64,000 nucleotides of DNA, from NCBI GenBank assembly GCA_951813565.1, contig OX638351.1, forward strand, positions 1,024,001 through 1,088,000. The letters run 5' to 3'. How positions within the stretch are numbered: the stretch's first letter is position 1; each line of letters starts with the position of its first letter. The notes under the pieces were generated by a model. The model was not told the DNA's origin. It made no database searches and worked only from the letters and a program-made list of their open reading frames with translations. Source of the stretch: an uncultured Poribacteria bacterium (lineage in GTDB: Bacteria; Poribacteria; WGA-4E; WGA-3G). Shown here one piece after another: positions 1 through 9,659 of the stretch. Made by a program: the position numbers and the translations under genes.

Positions 1-118
1 TTTGTGCATATTAGGACGCAAACTGAAAGTTTGCGCTACGATATTTCACGAATAATGAACTGTTCTCTATTAAAAATGGCGTCTGTGTGTCTAAAATCTT
101 ATAGGTAGCAACTTGGGT
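1..118. mobile_element. Right end of a MITE (family A, end ...TAGCAACTTGGGT), cut by the window start
   Basis: ATAGGTAGCAACTTGGGT (101-118) is identical to the right ends of the 50336-50487 and 56877-57028 elements. It is followed by TAATTTA, matching their TAnnnTA target pattern. Confidence 0.7.
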
Positions 119-305
119 TAATTTAACTGAAGAGTGTGCATAAATATTTCAATGTCATACTATGTGCTTAAAGGTAGTAGGCACATGCCGTGGGTTTCCG
201 TCCACAAGTTAAAAAGCATAAAATGAATTGTGCGACTATAAACGGCATTTCTATAAATCAAGAGTCTCTAAAGGCTGTTTCTGCCTATATTGCTGCGCAA
301 AATAA

Positions 306-1367
306 TTATGCACACCCCTCATTTAACTTTGTTACTAATGCTTTTATAACCTCAGTTGTGTTTATTTTCTGCATGCACAAGTGCGGTGTATCCTGTCGAT
401 GGCATGTGCGTTTATAACACGGTCTACACGATACAGGTTTCTCAATGACGGTATGTCCTGTGCCATAAGGTTGGTGACGGTTTGGATCTGTTGGCCCAAA
501 AAGTGCTACAGTCGGAGTTCTAACAGCAGCAGCTATGTGCATCGGACCACTATCACAAGTTAAACAGACTTCACAACGTTCTAACAGTGCGCCAAGCTCC
601 AATATATCTGTTTTTCCTACAAGATCAATTGTAGATTCTGAATGCGGTAACTTTTCCACGAGTGCTTGTTCTGAAGTTGAACCAGTTAAAACTATTTTGA
701 CATTGGGAGCAACACTTGAAATTTGATTGATAACCTCAGCAAAATTACGCACGTCCCACTGTTTCGTCCGCCATGTTGTGCCTAAATTAACTACTATGAG
801 CCGCTCATTAGAAGATACTCCTGCATTCTGAAGTCGTTTTTGAATAGATTCACGATCAGCATCTGTATGCCAGAATTCTAAATTGGTTGATAAGAGACTG
901 CTGGTTGTGTCGCCTGAATTTGCATCAGGAACAGTATTTATATTTAGTAAATGTAGAACGCTTAAATAACGATTAACTTCGTGAAGATTGGTGTTATGTG
1001 GAGAAGATGCAGTGAGTAAAATACCCCGCCCCTTATAGTTTGATCCAACTCGGATTGGGACTCTTGCTATGAACGGCAGCAATGCGTTACGGAACGAGGT
1101 AGGGTGTAAAACAACAGCGATATCAAAATTATTTCCCTTTATCTGACGCACCAATTGTATAAGTGATCGGTATTGACCATCGGTTTTTGTGTCAACAACA
1201 TAGTTGTCAACATAAGGATTCGCTTTCATTAAGTCAACGACAAGTGGCCGCAACAGAACCGTCAGACAGGATTCAGGATACGCCTGCTTGAGCGCTCGCA
1301 AGGCAGGCGTAAGTAGCACCATATCACCAATCCAAGCACCTGTGTGACACGCAAGAATTTTTTGCAT
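306..1367 (-). CDS. Glycosyltransferase family 9 (ADP-heptose:LPS heptosyltransferase-like)
   Basis: WIGDMVLLTPALRALK, CDSGPMHIAAA and ALFGPT motifs. Start moved to ATG 1367, which overlaps the upstream stop (ATGA). Confidence 0.92.
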   Translation of the reverse strand: MQKILACHTGAWIGDMVLLTPALRALKQAYPESCLTVLLRPLVVDLMKANPYVDNYVVDTKTDGQYRSLIQLVRQIKGNNFDIAVVLHPTSFRNALLPFIARVPIRVGSNYKGRGILLTASSPHNTNLHEVNRYLSVLHLLNINTVPDANSGDTTSSLLSTNLEFWHTDADRESIQKRLQNAGVSSNERLIVVNLGTTWRTKQWDVRNFAEVINQISSVAPNVKIVLTGSTSEQALVEKLPHSESTIDLVGKTDILELGALLERCEVCLTCDSGPMHIAAAVRTPTVALFGPTDPNRHQPYGTGHTVIEKPVSCRPCYKRTCHRQDTPHLCMQKINTTEVIKALVTKLNEGCA

Positions 1368-2239
1368 CAAAAATAAAACGGATTTGACCAAGCCTTTTTA
1401 CCTGTCTCATCCATCACTTCAATTCTTACGTATTTCGTACTTTCAGAAACGGTATATGTTGCTTCTGTGAGGAGTTCACCATTTGATGGAAGGAACCGCC
1501 TACCACGGCTACGTTCGGCTTTAAAAACAATTGATTGTGCTTCTGAACACCTGACAGTCATCTTATTATCAGTAAGGTTAATATCCTCAATTTCTGGGCC
1601 GAGTGTTGAATAAAATGCACCTGTTCGGAGTGCCTCCATAATCTTATCAAGTGTCAATTCTTGTGCTTTTACCATTATCCATCCGTGAAAACAGTCGTGC
1701 TCTGTGCCGTGTGCATCGTCAGCTGCAATACCGTGTACCGGTCCACATTTGTCCAATAAGTCATCCCATGACTGCTCCGAAAAACCCTTGCCGATTCCCA
1801 TACAGGTGTCGTTATAGACTTCAACAGCAAAGTAACCCCGCAACGGTAGATAGTCAGAAATTGTGTGTCCACACCAGTAAGGGTGGCATAAAACCGCTTC
1901 TCCGCCTTGCTCTTTTATGTCATCAATCACCGCATTCGGATGCATCTTTGCACAATTCACTGGTTCATGGATATTTATCGCAACAAAGTGGTATGTACCG
2001 CCTCCATAAGGATTTGATGGATGAACTTCGCTACCTGATATTGCCAAAAAGTCAGATGTGCTATAAGCCTGCACATCGTTAACTTTTCGATGATCTGTTA
2101 ACACGAGGAAATCATAACCAGCGTCTTGGTATGCCGCGAAACGGTCTGGGATAGAAAGCTTACCATCAGATTCGGTGCTGTGACTATGTGTATTACCTCG
2201 GTACCATTGCCCCGTTTGCTGAAAAGGATTTATATTCAT
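1367..2239 (-). CDS. PHP-fold metallohydrolase (CehA/McbA-like)
   Basis: GNTHSHSTESDG, LTDH, HP and DDAH metal-ligand motifs. AGGAG SD precedes ATG 2239. Confidence 0.85.
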   Translation of the reverse strand: MNINPFQQTGQWYRGNTHSHSTESDGKLSIPDRFAAYQDAGYDFLVLTDHRKVNDVQAYSTSDFLAISGSEVHPSNPYGGGTYHFVAINIHEPVNCAKMHPNAVIDDIKEQGGEAVLCHPYWCGHTISDYLPLRGYFAVEVYNDTCMGIGKGFSEQSWDDLLDKCGPVHGIAADDAHGTEHDCFHGWIMVKAQELTLDKIMEALRTGAFYSTLGPEIEDINLTDNKMTVRCSEAQSIVFKAERSRGRRFLPSNGELLTEATYTVSESTKYVRIEVMDETGKKAWSNPFYF

Positions 2240-2642
2240 TGTGTACTCCTTGCATGTTGACATGATTTTCTGAATTGATAAGGGATACTGCTAAGTTAGA
2301 TATATATTTTGAACGTTCAGAGTTCCAGCATCACACTACTCAATTTTAACATATTCAAAAACCTTTTGTCAATATGCGGTGTGTAAGGGGGTGTGTAAAG
2401 TTTTTGTAGAAATCCGCCCTACAGTGGAAAACGCCGCGTAATCATTGTAAATTGAACCTATGTAACCAAATATTTACAGGCTCGTCAGAATATTCAGCGT
2501 CATTTAGTTGTCCGAATATTGTAGGATCGATCTCTGATGGCGACCTTCAACCTATTGGGACTACATTGTCGGGAATCGGAGTTCCCTCCTACTAAAATGG
2601 AAACCATGCTTGGATAGGATACGGAAATCTGATCAACGATGT

Positions 2643-3473
2643 TTAGCGCCAACAACCATCTGTATACGCCTCACGATCAAATAATTTCTGACGGAACGGT
2701 GTCGCTTGTTCTATCCATTCCTGGGGTATTTCTTGGGTGTAACGATGCGGAGGTCCCGCCTCTTTGAAAATATCTATAGCGAAGATACGATAAAGCTGCG
2801 AAGAGTCTACAGGTTTCGCTTCTACGCCGTGAAAAATGCGAGCGTCAATGTAGACCATACTGCCCGGTGGCAATTCAAGCCGTTTCTCTTCCAGTTTGCG
2901 TCCAGCTTCTTCGTCGAAGTCACCTGCAAGCATCCGTTCTGGTGTTGCCTCTTGCGTCGGTGCGACCTTGTGGCTGCCGGGTATAACTTTGAGATTCCGA
3001 TCACCGCGCGTGAAACCGTTTGGATAGTACAGAATCTGGATGTAGTAATTGTCGCGTTCCGCGAGGTTGATCGGGTTCTCGTGCTTCCAATGGTGATGGT
3101 CCTGATGGAATTGAATCGGCCCGATCCCGCGGGGTGCGATGTTGAGTGCGGAGTGACAGAAGTGATACGCGTCACCGATCGTTGCGCTTATTAGTGCTGT
3201 AATAAAGGGATCGTCAATAAGTCTGTCGCTGTACTCACGCCGTTCATTCCATGGACGAATAAAATAGGCGCGTTCCTGTTTTTCACCGTTTTTCAACGTC
3301 TCAATGTACTGGCGCGTAGGTTCAAAATGCTGCGTTATCTCTTCAATCAAGCCTTCTCTTCCATCGTCAGTGAAAACATCTGGGTAAGCAATGTATCCAT
3401 CGTTATGAAATGAATTAATGTCTTCCTGCGAGGGACCTGATAAGCGAAAAAGTGAATCAAGTTTATTTTTCAT
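2643..3473 (-). CDS. Phytanoyl-CoA dioxygenase (PhyH) family Fe/2OG dioxygenase
   Basis: FHNDGY N-terminus, HQD facial triad, VIPGSH and the distal FHG. Confidence 0.88.
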   Translation of the reverse strand: MKNKLDSLFRLSGPSQEDINSFHNDGYIAYPDVFTDDGREGLIEEITQHFEPTRQYIETLKNGEKQERAYFIRPWNERREYSDRLIDDPFITALISATIGDAYHFCHSALNIAPRGIGPIQFHQDHHHWKHENPINLAERDNYYIQILYYPNGFTRGDRNLKVIPGSHKVAPTQEATPERMLAGDFDEEAGRKLEEKRLELPPGSMVYIDARIFHGVEAKPVDSSQLYRIFAIDIFKEAGPPHRYTQEIPQEWIEQATPFRQKLFDREAYTDGCWR

Positions 3474-3482
3474 AAGTTAACC

Positions 3483-4955
3483 TCACATTCTGCTGTGCCC
3501 TTTCTGCTTAAACCTTTCCAACAATGCCGTTAACCGTTCCACAATCTCCGGACGGCTTGACCATAGGTTATCTGTTTCATACGGGTCGTCGAAAATATGA
3601 TATAGCTGCCCTGGAGTGCCCGCCTCAGGAGCACTACCACGAGGTGGAGGCCACCCTCCTGAACCTTGTGTTTCCAGAATTAATTTCCATTCTCTGTGCC
3701 GTATAGAAAAAACACCATTACTGGAATGATGCACAATAGCCTCTCGTAGCGCTTTTTCCGTCTCTTCACCTAACAGTGCTGGTAAAATGTTACAACTATC
3801 CTGTCCAGCATCATCGGGAACATCCGTTCCAACAATTGTCGCACACGTCGCCATCAAATCAGTCAGACACACCAATTCATCGGTTGCAGTATTTGGTTCA
3901 ATGACACCGGGCCACCTTGCGATTAATGGCTCACGATGTCCGCCTTCCCAAATATGCGCCTTATAGCCGCGCCAGTCTCCGCAAGATTTGTGGTCGTAAA
4001 GATGATACGGCATTGGGCTATTATCGCCCTGAATTCGGTCGCCGGGTAATGCGCCGTTGTCGCTTGTGACGAAAATCAGTGTATCGTCTGTTTTCCCTGT
4101 TCGGTCTAAAGCCTCCATTACCTGACCTACGATCCAATCCACTAACCAGACTAAATCGCCACGAGGGCCGGCATCACTCTGTCCGCGCGCGAATTCTGGC
4201 ACGACTTCCTCAACACACGGTTCATGCGGTGCCGAGGGTGTCAAATAAAGAAAAAACGGCGCATCCGAATCGGCTTGTCCATCAATATATTCAACAGCTT
4301 TCTGCGCAATCATCGGGTCGGCATCTTTATGTTGCCAACTCGGAGCAGTCATACCCGGTCGACCTGTAAAATCTGGCACGCCACGGTATTCACTTGGAAT
4401 TTCAACAAAAGCCTCATTTTCAATAAAGCCGTAAGGAGGTTGACATGTTGGGCAACCTGCGGTCCCATAGAAATAATCAAAACCAATATCAATTGGCCCG
4501 CCTGTCAACGGCGCGCGAAAATCAATATGTTCTTCCAACTCACGTTTTGCATTACCCCATGGTAACGGAGCATCAAAATCGTGATCGTATCCTGGTTTCG
4601 TTGAAAATCCGATTCCTAAGTGCCATTTACCGACACATGCAGTATTGTAACCTACATCTTTCAGCAAGCTTGCTACTGTCAAACGTTCTGTCTCAATTAA
4701 AGGAGGTTCGTAGCCGTAAAGCACACCGCGCTTTAGGCGACTCCGCCAGCAATATCTGCCTGTTAAGACACCGTATCGGGTGGGTGTACAGACTGCAGAT
4801 GGGGAATGTGCATCGGTGAAGCGAATGCCTTCTTGCGCAAGTTGATCCATATTTGGGGTGGGAATTTTTGAATCAGGGTTGTAGCAGCCGACATCGCCGT
4901 AACCCATATCGTCTGCCATAATAAAAACGATATTTGGTAATTTTTGATTGTCCAT
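3483..4955 (-). CDS. Arylsulfatase (formylglycine-dependent)
   Basis: PNIVFIMADDMGYGD, CTPTR (CxPxR), GKWHLG and SDNG. Confidence 0.95.
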   Translation of the reverse strand: MDNQKLPNIVFIMADDMGYGDVGCYNPDSKIPTPNMDQLAQEGIRFTDAHSPSAVCTPTRYGVLTGRYCWRSRLKRGVLYGYEPPLIETERLTVASLLKDVGYNTACVGKWHLGIGFSTKPGYDHDFDAPLPWGNAKRELEEHIDFRAPLTGGPIDIGFDYFYGTAGCPTCQPPYGFIENEAFVEIPSEYRGVPDFTGRPGMTAPSWQHKDADPMIAQKAVEYIDGQADSDAPFFLYLTPSAPHEPCVEEVVPEFARGQSDAGPRGDLVWLVDWIVGQVMEALDRTGKTDDTLIFVTSDNGALPGDRIQGDNSPMPYHLYDHKSCGDWRGYKAHIWEGGHREPLIARWPGVIEPNTATDELVCLTDLMATCATIVGTDVPDDAGQDSCNILPALLGEETEKALREAIVHHSSNGVFSIRHREWKLILETQGSGGWPPPRGSAPEAGTPGQLYHIFDDPYETDNLWSSRPEIVERLTALLERFKQKGHSRM

Positions 4956-4990
4956 AATACACCGATAGAGAATAGTGGTTATAAACCCTC

Positions 4991-6094
4991 CTATTTTAAT
5001 TTCTCCTTTAATTCCGTGAGTTCTTTGTCAATTGATTCGTCTTCCGCGTAATTCGCAAATTCACGATGCAATTTGACGTCCTTAAATTCAATATCTACTT
5101 CGGAAGCTGCTTTTGCCAAAGCTGCAGCTTCACTTACGTTTTGTCCCATCTTCTTAAGCATCTCAAAAGCTTTATTGTCTTGCAGTTCAGACAATGTTTG
5201 TTGCAGATGTTCTTGGGCATCAACATTTCTGTGTTTTGCAATTACAACTTCTCTTTCTCGCTGTGTTTGCTGTGTTTTTTGCTGGAGTGTGTCAAGAAGT
5301 GTTGTGAGGTGTTCAACTGTCTTTTTTTGTTCTTCCCACTGTTCCTTGTATCGCCTTGCGATTTGTCTATATTCATTACGTTGTGCAAGGTCTTCACGTG
5401 CTAAATCATCTCGTTCCGCCTTAAGCGCGATGATGGCACGTTCTTCACACTTTTCTGCTTGTGCAATTGCTCCGTCATGGGCATTTTGAAACTGTTTTTC
5501 TATTCCGATGGAGGCGTCAACTTTCTGCTTTGCTTCTGAAAAACGATTTGTAATTTCCAGGATCACATCCTCTAATATCTTTTCCAAATCGGTTTCTTTA
5601 TCTATTTTTTCATCTTCGGAGACAATTTCGATTTGAGGAGAGTCGAGTTTGATAACGACCGTTTTCGCAAGTTTATCACCCATTCGCTGTCTGCCTTTTC
5701 CTAAGGCGAATAACCAGTCAATAGGTTGAAATATGGCAGCAAAACGACGAACGAACGCATCTTTATAGTTTGCTTGTTCTCCATCCTTCAAACGGACTAT
5801 TTTAAGAGATAATAATCTCTTTCCAAATCCTCCTCCATCTTCACGTCCGTCCATAAAAAAATAACCATACATCCACAATAAAATGCTTAGGACAAAGAAG
5901 GTAGTTGTGGCGGGATCATCGCCAAACATCATATATTCGTCAAAATCAGTGAAAATTACGGATTGTAAAAGTCCTATTAGCCATAATATAATTTGGCAGA
6001 ACCCCAAGAAACCGATGTCCAGCAAAAACGCACCTAACCTTGCCCAACGAGATGCCAATTTAAACTTTTCTCCAGCGATCTTAACAATAGACAT
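4991..6094 (-). CDS. RDD domain - PspA/IM30 fusion protein (copy 2)
   Basis: N-terminal RDD (LASRWARLGAFLLD, GFGKRLLSLKIVR, QRMGDKLAKTVV). C-terminal PspA-like coiled coil (ALKAERDDLAREDL, SIDKELTELKEKL). Confidence 0.88.
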   Translation of the reverse strand: MSIVKIAGEKFKLASRWARLGAFLLDIGFLGFCQIILWLIGLLQSVIFTDFDEYMMFGDDPATTTFFVLSILLWMYGYFFMDGREDGGGFGKRLLSLKIVRLKDGEQANYKDAFVRRFAAIFQPIDWLFALGKGRQRMGDKLAKTVVIKLDSPQIEIVSEDEKIDKETDLEKILEDVILEITNRFSEAKQKVDASIGIEKQFQNAHDGAIAQAEKCEERAIIALKAERDDLAREDLAQRNEYRQIARRYKEQWEEQKKTVEHLTTLLDTLQQKTQQTQREREVVIAKHRNVDAQEHLQQTLSELQDNKAFEMLKKMGQNVSEAAALAKAASEVDIEFKDVKLHREFANYAEDESIDKELTELKEKLK

Positions 6095-6352
6095 GATCCG
6101 TATTTCTCCATCTTATTAGAGTTTATCATTACCAAAGAAGGTGGTTAAATCTTGTTCTATGGTGGGTACTCCATTTAAGGAAAAATTACACTTGAGGTAG
6201 GTGACAGTTCTGTCTGATTTGAATCAAGATGAGACTTCTTAATCTGAATATTGGTAGATATTGAAATTAATTGGACACTCTACACCAGCGAGGTTTGGAC
6301 ACCTCGCCTACCGCGAAACGAAAGTTATTATTAATTTTCAGGATTGTTATGT

Positions 6353-7423
6353 CTATTGTAATTTCGCCTTTAATTCTGCTAAGTCGTTGTCAAGGGATGC
6401 TTCTTCAGCATAACCAGCAAATTCTTTGTTTAACTTTGTATCCCTAAGATCAATATCCACTTCGGACGCTGCCTTTGCCAATGTCGCAGCTTCACTTACA
6501 TTTTGCTCCATTTGATTGAGCATTTCAAAAGCTGCACTATCTTGAACCTCTGTCAATGTTTCTTGCAGGTGTTGGTGTGCATCAACATTTCTGTGTTGTG
6601 CGATAACAATATCCCTTTTTCTTTCTGCTTCTTCAGTCTTCTGTTGCAATGTTTCAAGGAGCGTAGTGAGTTCTGCCACGACTTGCTTCTGTTCATCCCA
6701 TTGTGCTTTATATCGGTTTGCTAGTTGGCGGTATTCGTTCCGTTGTGCGAGGTCTTCCCGTGCCAAATCTTCCCGTCCTGCCTGAATCGCTATAGTTGCG
6801 CGCTCCTCACACCGTTCCGCTTGGACAACTGCCCCTTCATAAGCGTTCTGAAACTGCTTTTCAATCCCAATAGAGGCATCAACCTTCTGTCTCGCCTCAG
6901 CCAAACGGTTTGTCATTTCAAGGATAGCATTTTCTAAAACTTTTTCGGGGTCTTTTTCAGTTTCAGTTTCGGCTTTGGCTGCGATTTCTTCAAGATAAGG
7001 CTCATATTTAACGACAACTGTTTCAGCGAACTTATCCCCCATCCGCTGCTTTTTACCACCGAGGGCAAAGAGGAGATCAAACGGCTGGAAAAAACCTGTG
7101 AACCGACGAACGAATGAATCCTTGAAGGAACACGGTTTACCATCTCTTAACCGAATAACTTGTAATGACAGTACCCTTTTGCCGAATCCTTGTCCGTTTT
7201 TGAATCCATCCATGAAAAGTAGCCCGGCACTCCATACTAAGAAATATAGCAACGGAAATAAAGGTAGCATAAAAGGACGTTGAAACATGAATAGCAATCC
7301 CAACAGGCTGACTATAATGGAAGAGCAAAAAGAGGTGGCAATTAGATCAAATAAGAGCGCGAACGTCCGAGCAGCTCGTGACGCCAATTTGAATTTTTTC
7401 CCTGCTATCTCAAGTAGTTTCAT
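6353..7423 (-). CDS. RDD domain - PspA/IM30 fusion protein (copy 1)
   Basis: RDD motifs (LASRAARTFALLFD, GQGFGKRVLSLQV, QRMGDKFAETVVV), then PspA helices (DPEKVLENAILEM, AIQAGREDLAREDL, LDNDLAELKAKL). Confidence 0.9.
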   Translation of the reverse strand: MKLLEIAGKKFKLASRAARTFALLFDLIATSFCSSIIVSLLGLLFMFQRPFMLPLFPLLYFLVWSAGLLFMDGFKNGQGFGKRVLSLQVIRLRDGKPCSFKDSFVRRFTGFFQPFDLLFALGGKKQRMGDKFAETVVVKYEPYLEEIAAKAETETEKDPEKVLENAILEMTNRLAEARQKVDASIGIEKQFQNAYEGAVVQAERCEERATIAIQAGREDLAREDLAQRNEYRQLANRYKAQWDEQKQVVAELTTLLETLQQKTEEAERKRDIVIAQHRNVDAHQHLQETLTEVQDSAAFEMLNQMEQNVSEAATLAKAASEVDIDLRDTKLNKEFAGYAEEASLDNDLAELKAKLQ

Positions 7424-7573
7424 TGTGGGAAAGTTCCTTTATATTCAGAAAACCCGTTTGTTACTGAATTATGTTTGAGCAACATTTTTTCATAGAAGAC
7501 TATTTACGGGTTTTCTCCATTATCCATTTATAATAGAGTCTTACAAAGTTAAAAGGATAGCCAAATTATGCAA

Positions 7574-8638
7574 TTACAACGTGGGAACTGTTACTGCTAC
7601 TTCGCGTCCACCTGCTTCTGAAGAATCGATGACTCCCTGAATGATAACGTTTGTGAGCAAAATCTCATAGGGATCAATAGGGGAAGGTTTACCCTCTCTG
7701 ACTGCATCAATAAATGCACTATCTTCTTCATGAAATACACTTACCGATTTAAATTCCGTGTAGGTTTCATCATGGATCTCACCATCTTTGTCGCCATAAA
7801 CACGCACACCATCTTGAGGACCACGGACTTCACCAATACCGATTCGTAATCCGGCTTTTTTGCCGAGAAAAATAGTGCCACCAAGCGAATCCATATTCAT
7901 GCACCAACATGTTTTAAACACTAAGCGTGCGCCGTTGTCAAAAACAACCCATCCTACGCCGAAATCTTCAACTTCTGTCTCTTTGAGTGCGGCATTCCAT
8001 GTATTGTGTAGGCTCAAATAATTTGAGGTAATACCAGAAACAGCAATAGGTTTGGGATGCCCCATTAGATAGAGTGCGGTATCCAATGCATAAACACCTA
8101 TGTCTGCAGATGCGCCTAAACCGGCTGTCGCTTTACGAATAAAACTGCCACCGGGATTTCCGCGCCTCCGATCTGCTACGGTTTCAGCGTAGTATATCTC
8201 ACCAAGTGTGCCAGCGTCAACAATCTCTTTTGCTTTGATGACTTGTGGGGAATAACGGAGTTTGAGTCCAATCATCAGAATTTTGTCATTTTCTACTGAG
8301 GCGCGCCACATAGCTGCTGCACCATCTAACGTAGCCTCCATCGGCTTTTCGCAGAAAACGTGTTTACCTGCGTTTAACGCTGCAACAGTCGGTGCTGCAT
8401 GTACGCCTGTAGGGGTACAAACATACACTGCTTCAATTTCGTCCATTTTGAGCATTTCGTTGTAGTCAGTAAATGTATTTTTAATTCCCCACCGTTCTTT
8501 CGCGCGTTCCAAATTTGCCGGAACCAAGTCAGATGCTGCGATAATTTCAGCACCTTTAATCTCAGCAAGCGTTCCGCAATGTGCTTGCGCAATACCACCT
8601 GCCCCAATTAAACCTAATTTGACTTTTCTCATAGTCAT
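7574..8638 (-). CDS. Gfo/Idh/MocA family oxidoreductase
   Basis: GLIGAGGIA, AGKHVFCEKP and VED motifs. Confidence 0.92.
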   Translation of the reverse strand: MTMRKVKLGLIGAGGIAQAHCGTLAEIKGAEIIAASDLVPANLERAKERWGIKNTFTDYNEMLKMDEIEAVYVCTPTGVHAAPTVAALNAGKHVFCEKPMEATLDGAAAMWRASVENDKILMIGLKLRYSPQVIKAKEIVDAGTLGEIYYAETVADRRRGNPGGSFIRKATAGLGASADIGVYALDTALYLMGHPKPIAVSGITSNYLSLHNTWNAALKETEVEDFGVGWVVFDNGARLVFKTCWCMNMDSLGGTIFLGKKAGLRIGIGEVRGPQDGVRVYGDKDGEIHDETYTEFKSVSVFHEEDSAFIDAVREGKPSPIDPYEILLTNVIIQGVIDSSEAGGREVAVTVPTL

Positions 8639-8948
8639 CTCCTCATCATAGATTTGTTCTATAGATTTTATCTTATTTTTCTGTTAGAAGTCAAGTGAAT
8701 TTCTGACACAGAAATGTGAAAATGCTGATATATTCTGTTTCAGAGAGGCGATACCACATCAAAACATACATCCTCTCGAAAATTTCTTGATATGCAAAGT
8801 GGATTCTGGTAAAATATCTGCAGATTAACAACACGCTACTATGGTACACGCTATTCGGACATTGATACCGCTGATTGTGTAGCGAATCCGTAAGAAACAT
8901 GTAACCGTAGTCACCTATGCGTGAAACACTATCTGGAGAAGAAGAGGT

Positions 8949-9545
8949 ATGACAGCAAACGCGATAACGCTCTTTCGTCTCTTTTTAACCTTTATTGTCA
9001 TTGCTATCTTCAGACAGCATACTTACATAGATATTGCGTGCATTGTAACCATCCTTATTATTTTTATACTTGATTCGGTAGATGGTATTGTTGCTCGTAA
9101 ACAGAACCAAACCTCTACATTCGGTGCTGTTTTTGATATTGCTGCTGACAGGATTGTTGAAAATGTATTCTGGATTTACTTTGCGTTTATTACTGACTTC
9201 ATCCCGTTTTGGATGCCTATTGCAGTGGTGACGCGCGGAATTCTAACTGACGGTATCCGTGGTATTGCGCTTACAGATGGAAAAACTCCTTTTGAAATGA
9301 TGACCATACCTTGGACGCGTGCATTGACAAGTTCTCGTTTTTCGCGATTTTTGTCCGGCTTATCTAAGGTACTCGTCTTCACATTTCTCCCTGCTCTCCC
9401 AGTCCTCAAAAACACTGCGCTCAACATTACAATTATAAATACCTTTGAAACAACGTGTCTCATAATCGCATATATTGCTGTTTCAATCTGTCTGATTCGC
9501 GGATTTCCAGTGCTTGTTGATGGGTGGAAGTACATTAGAAGGTAG
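8949..9545 (+). CDS. CDP-alcohol phosphatidyltransferase
   Basis: ANAITLFR and the DSVDGIVARKQNQTSTFGAVFDIAAD signature. Confidence 0.92.
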   Translation: MTANAITLFRLFLTFIVIAIFRQHTYIDIACIVTILIIFILDSVDGIVARKQNQTSTFGAVFDIAADRIVENVFWIYFAFITDFIPFWMPIAVVTRGILTDGIRGIALTDGKTPFEMMTIPWTRALTSSRFSRFLSGLSKVLVFTFLPALPVLKNTALNITIINTFETTCLIIAYIAVSICLIRGFPVLVDGWKYIRR

Positions 9546-9659
9546 TGCACAGTAGATTCAACCAAGTAAGAAAATTCGAATACAGAAATCTGGAAAAGAT
9601 AACCAATTGGCGTAATCCTACCTGTATTAGTTTTTAAGCAGATTTTAAGAAAGTGTGGA

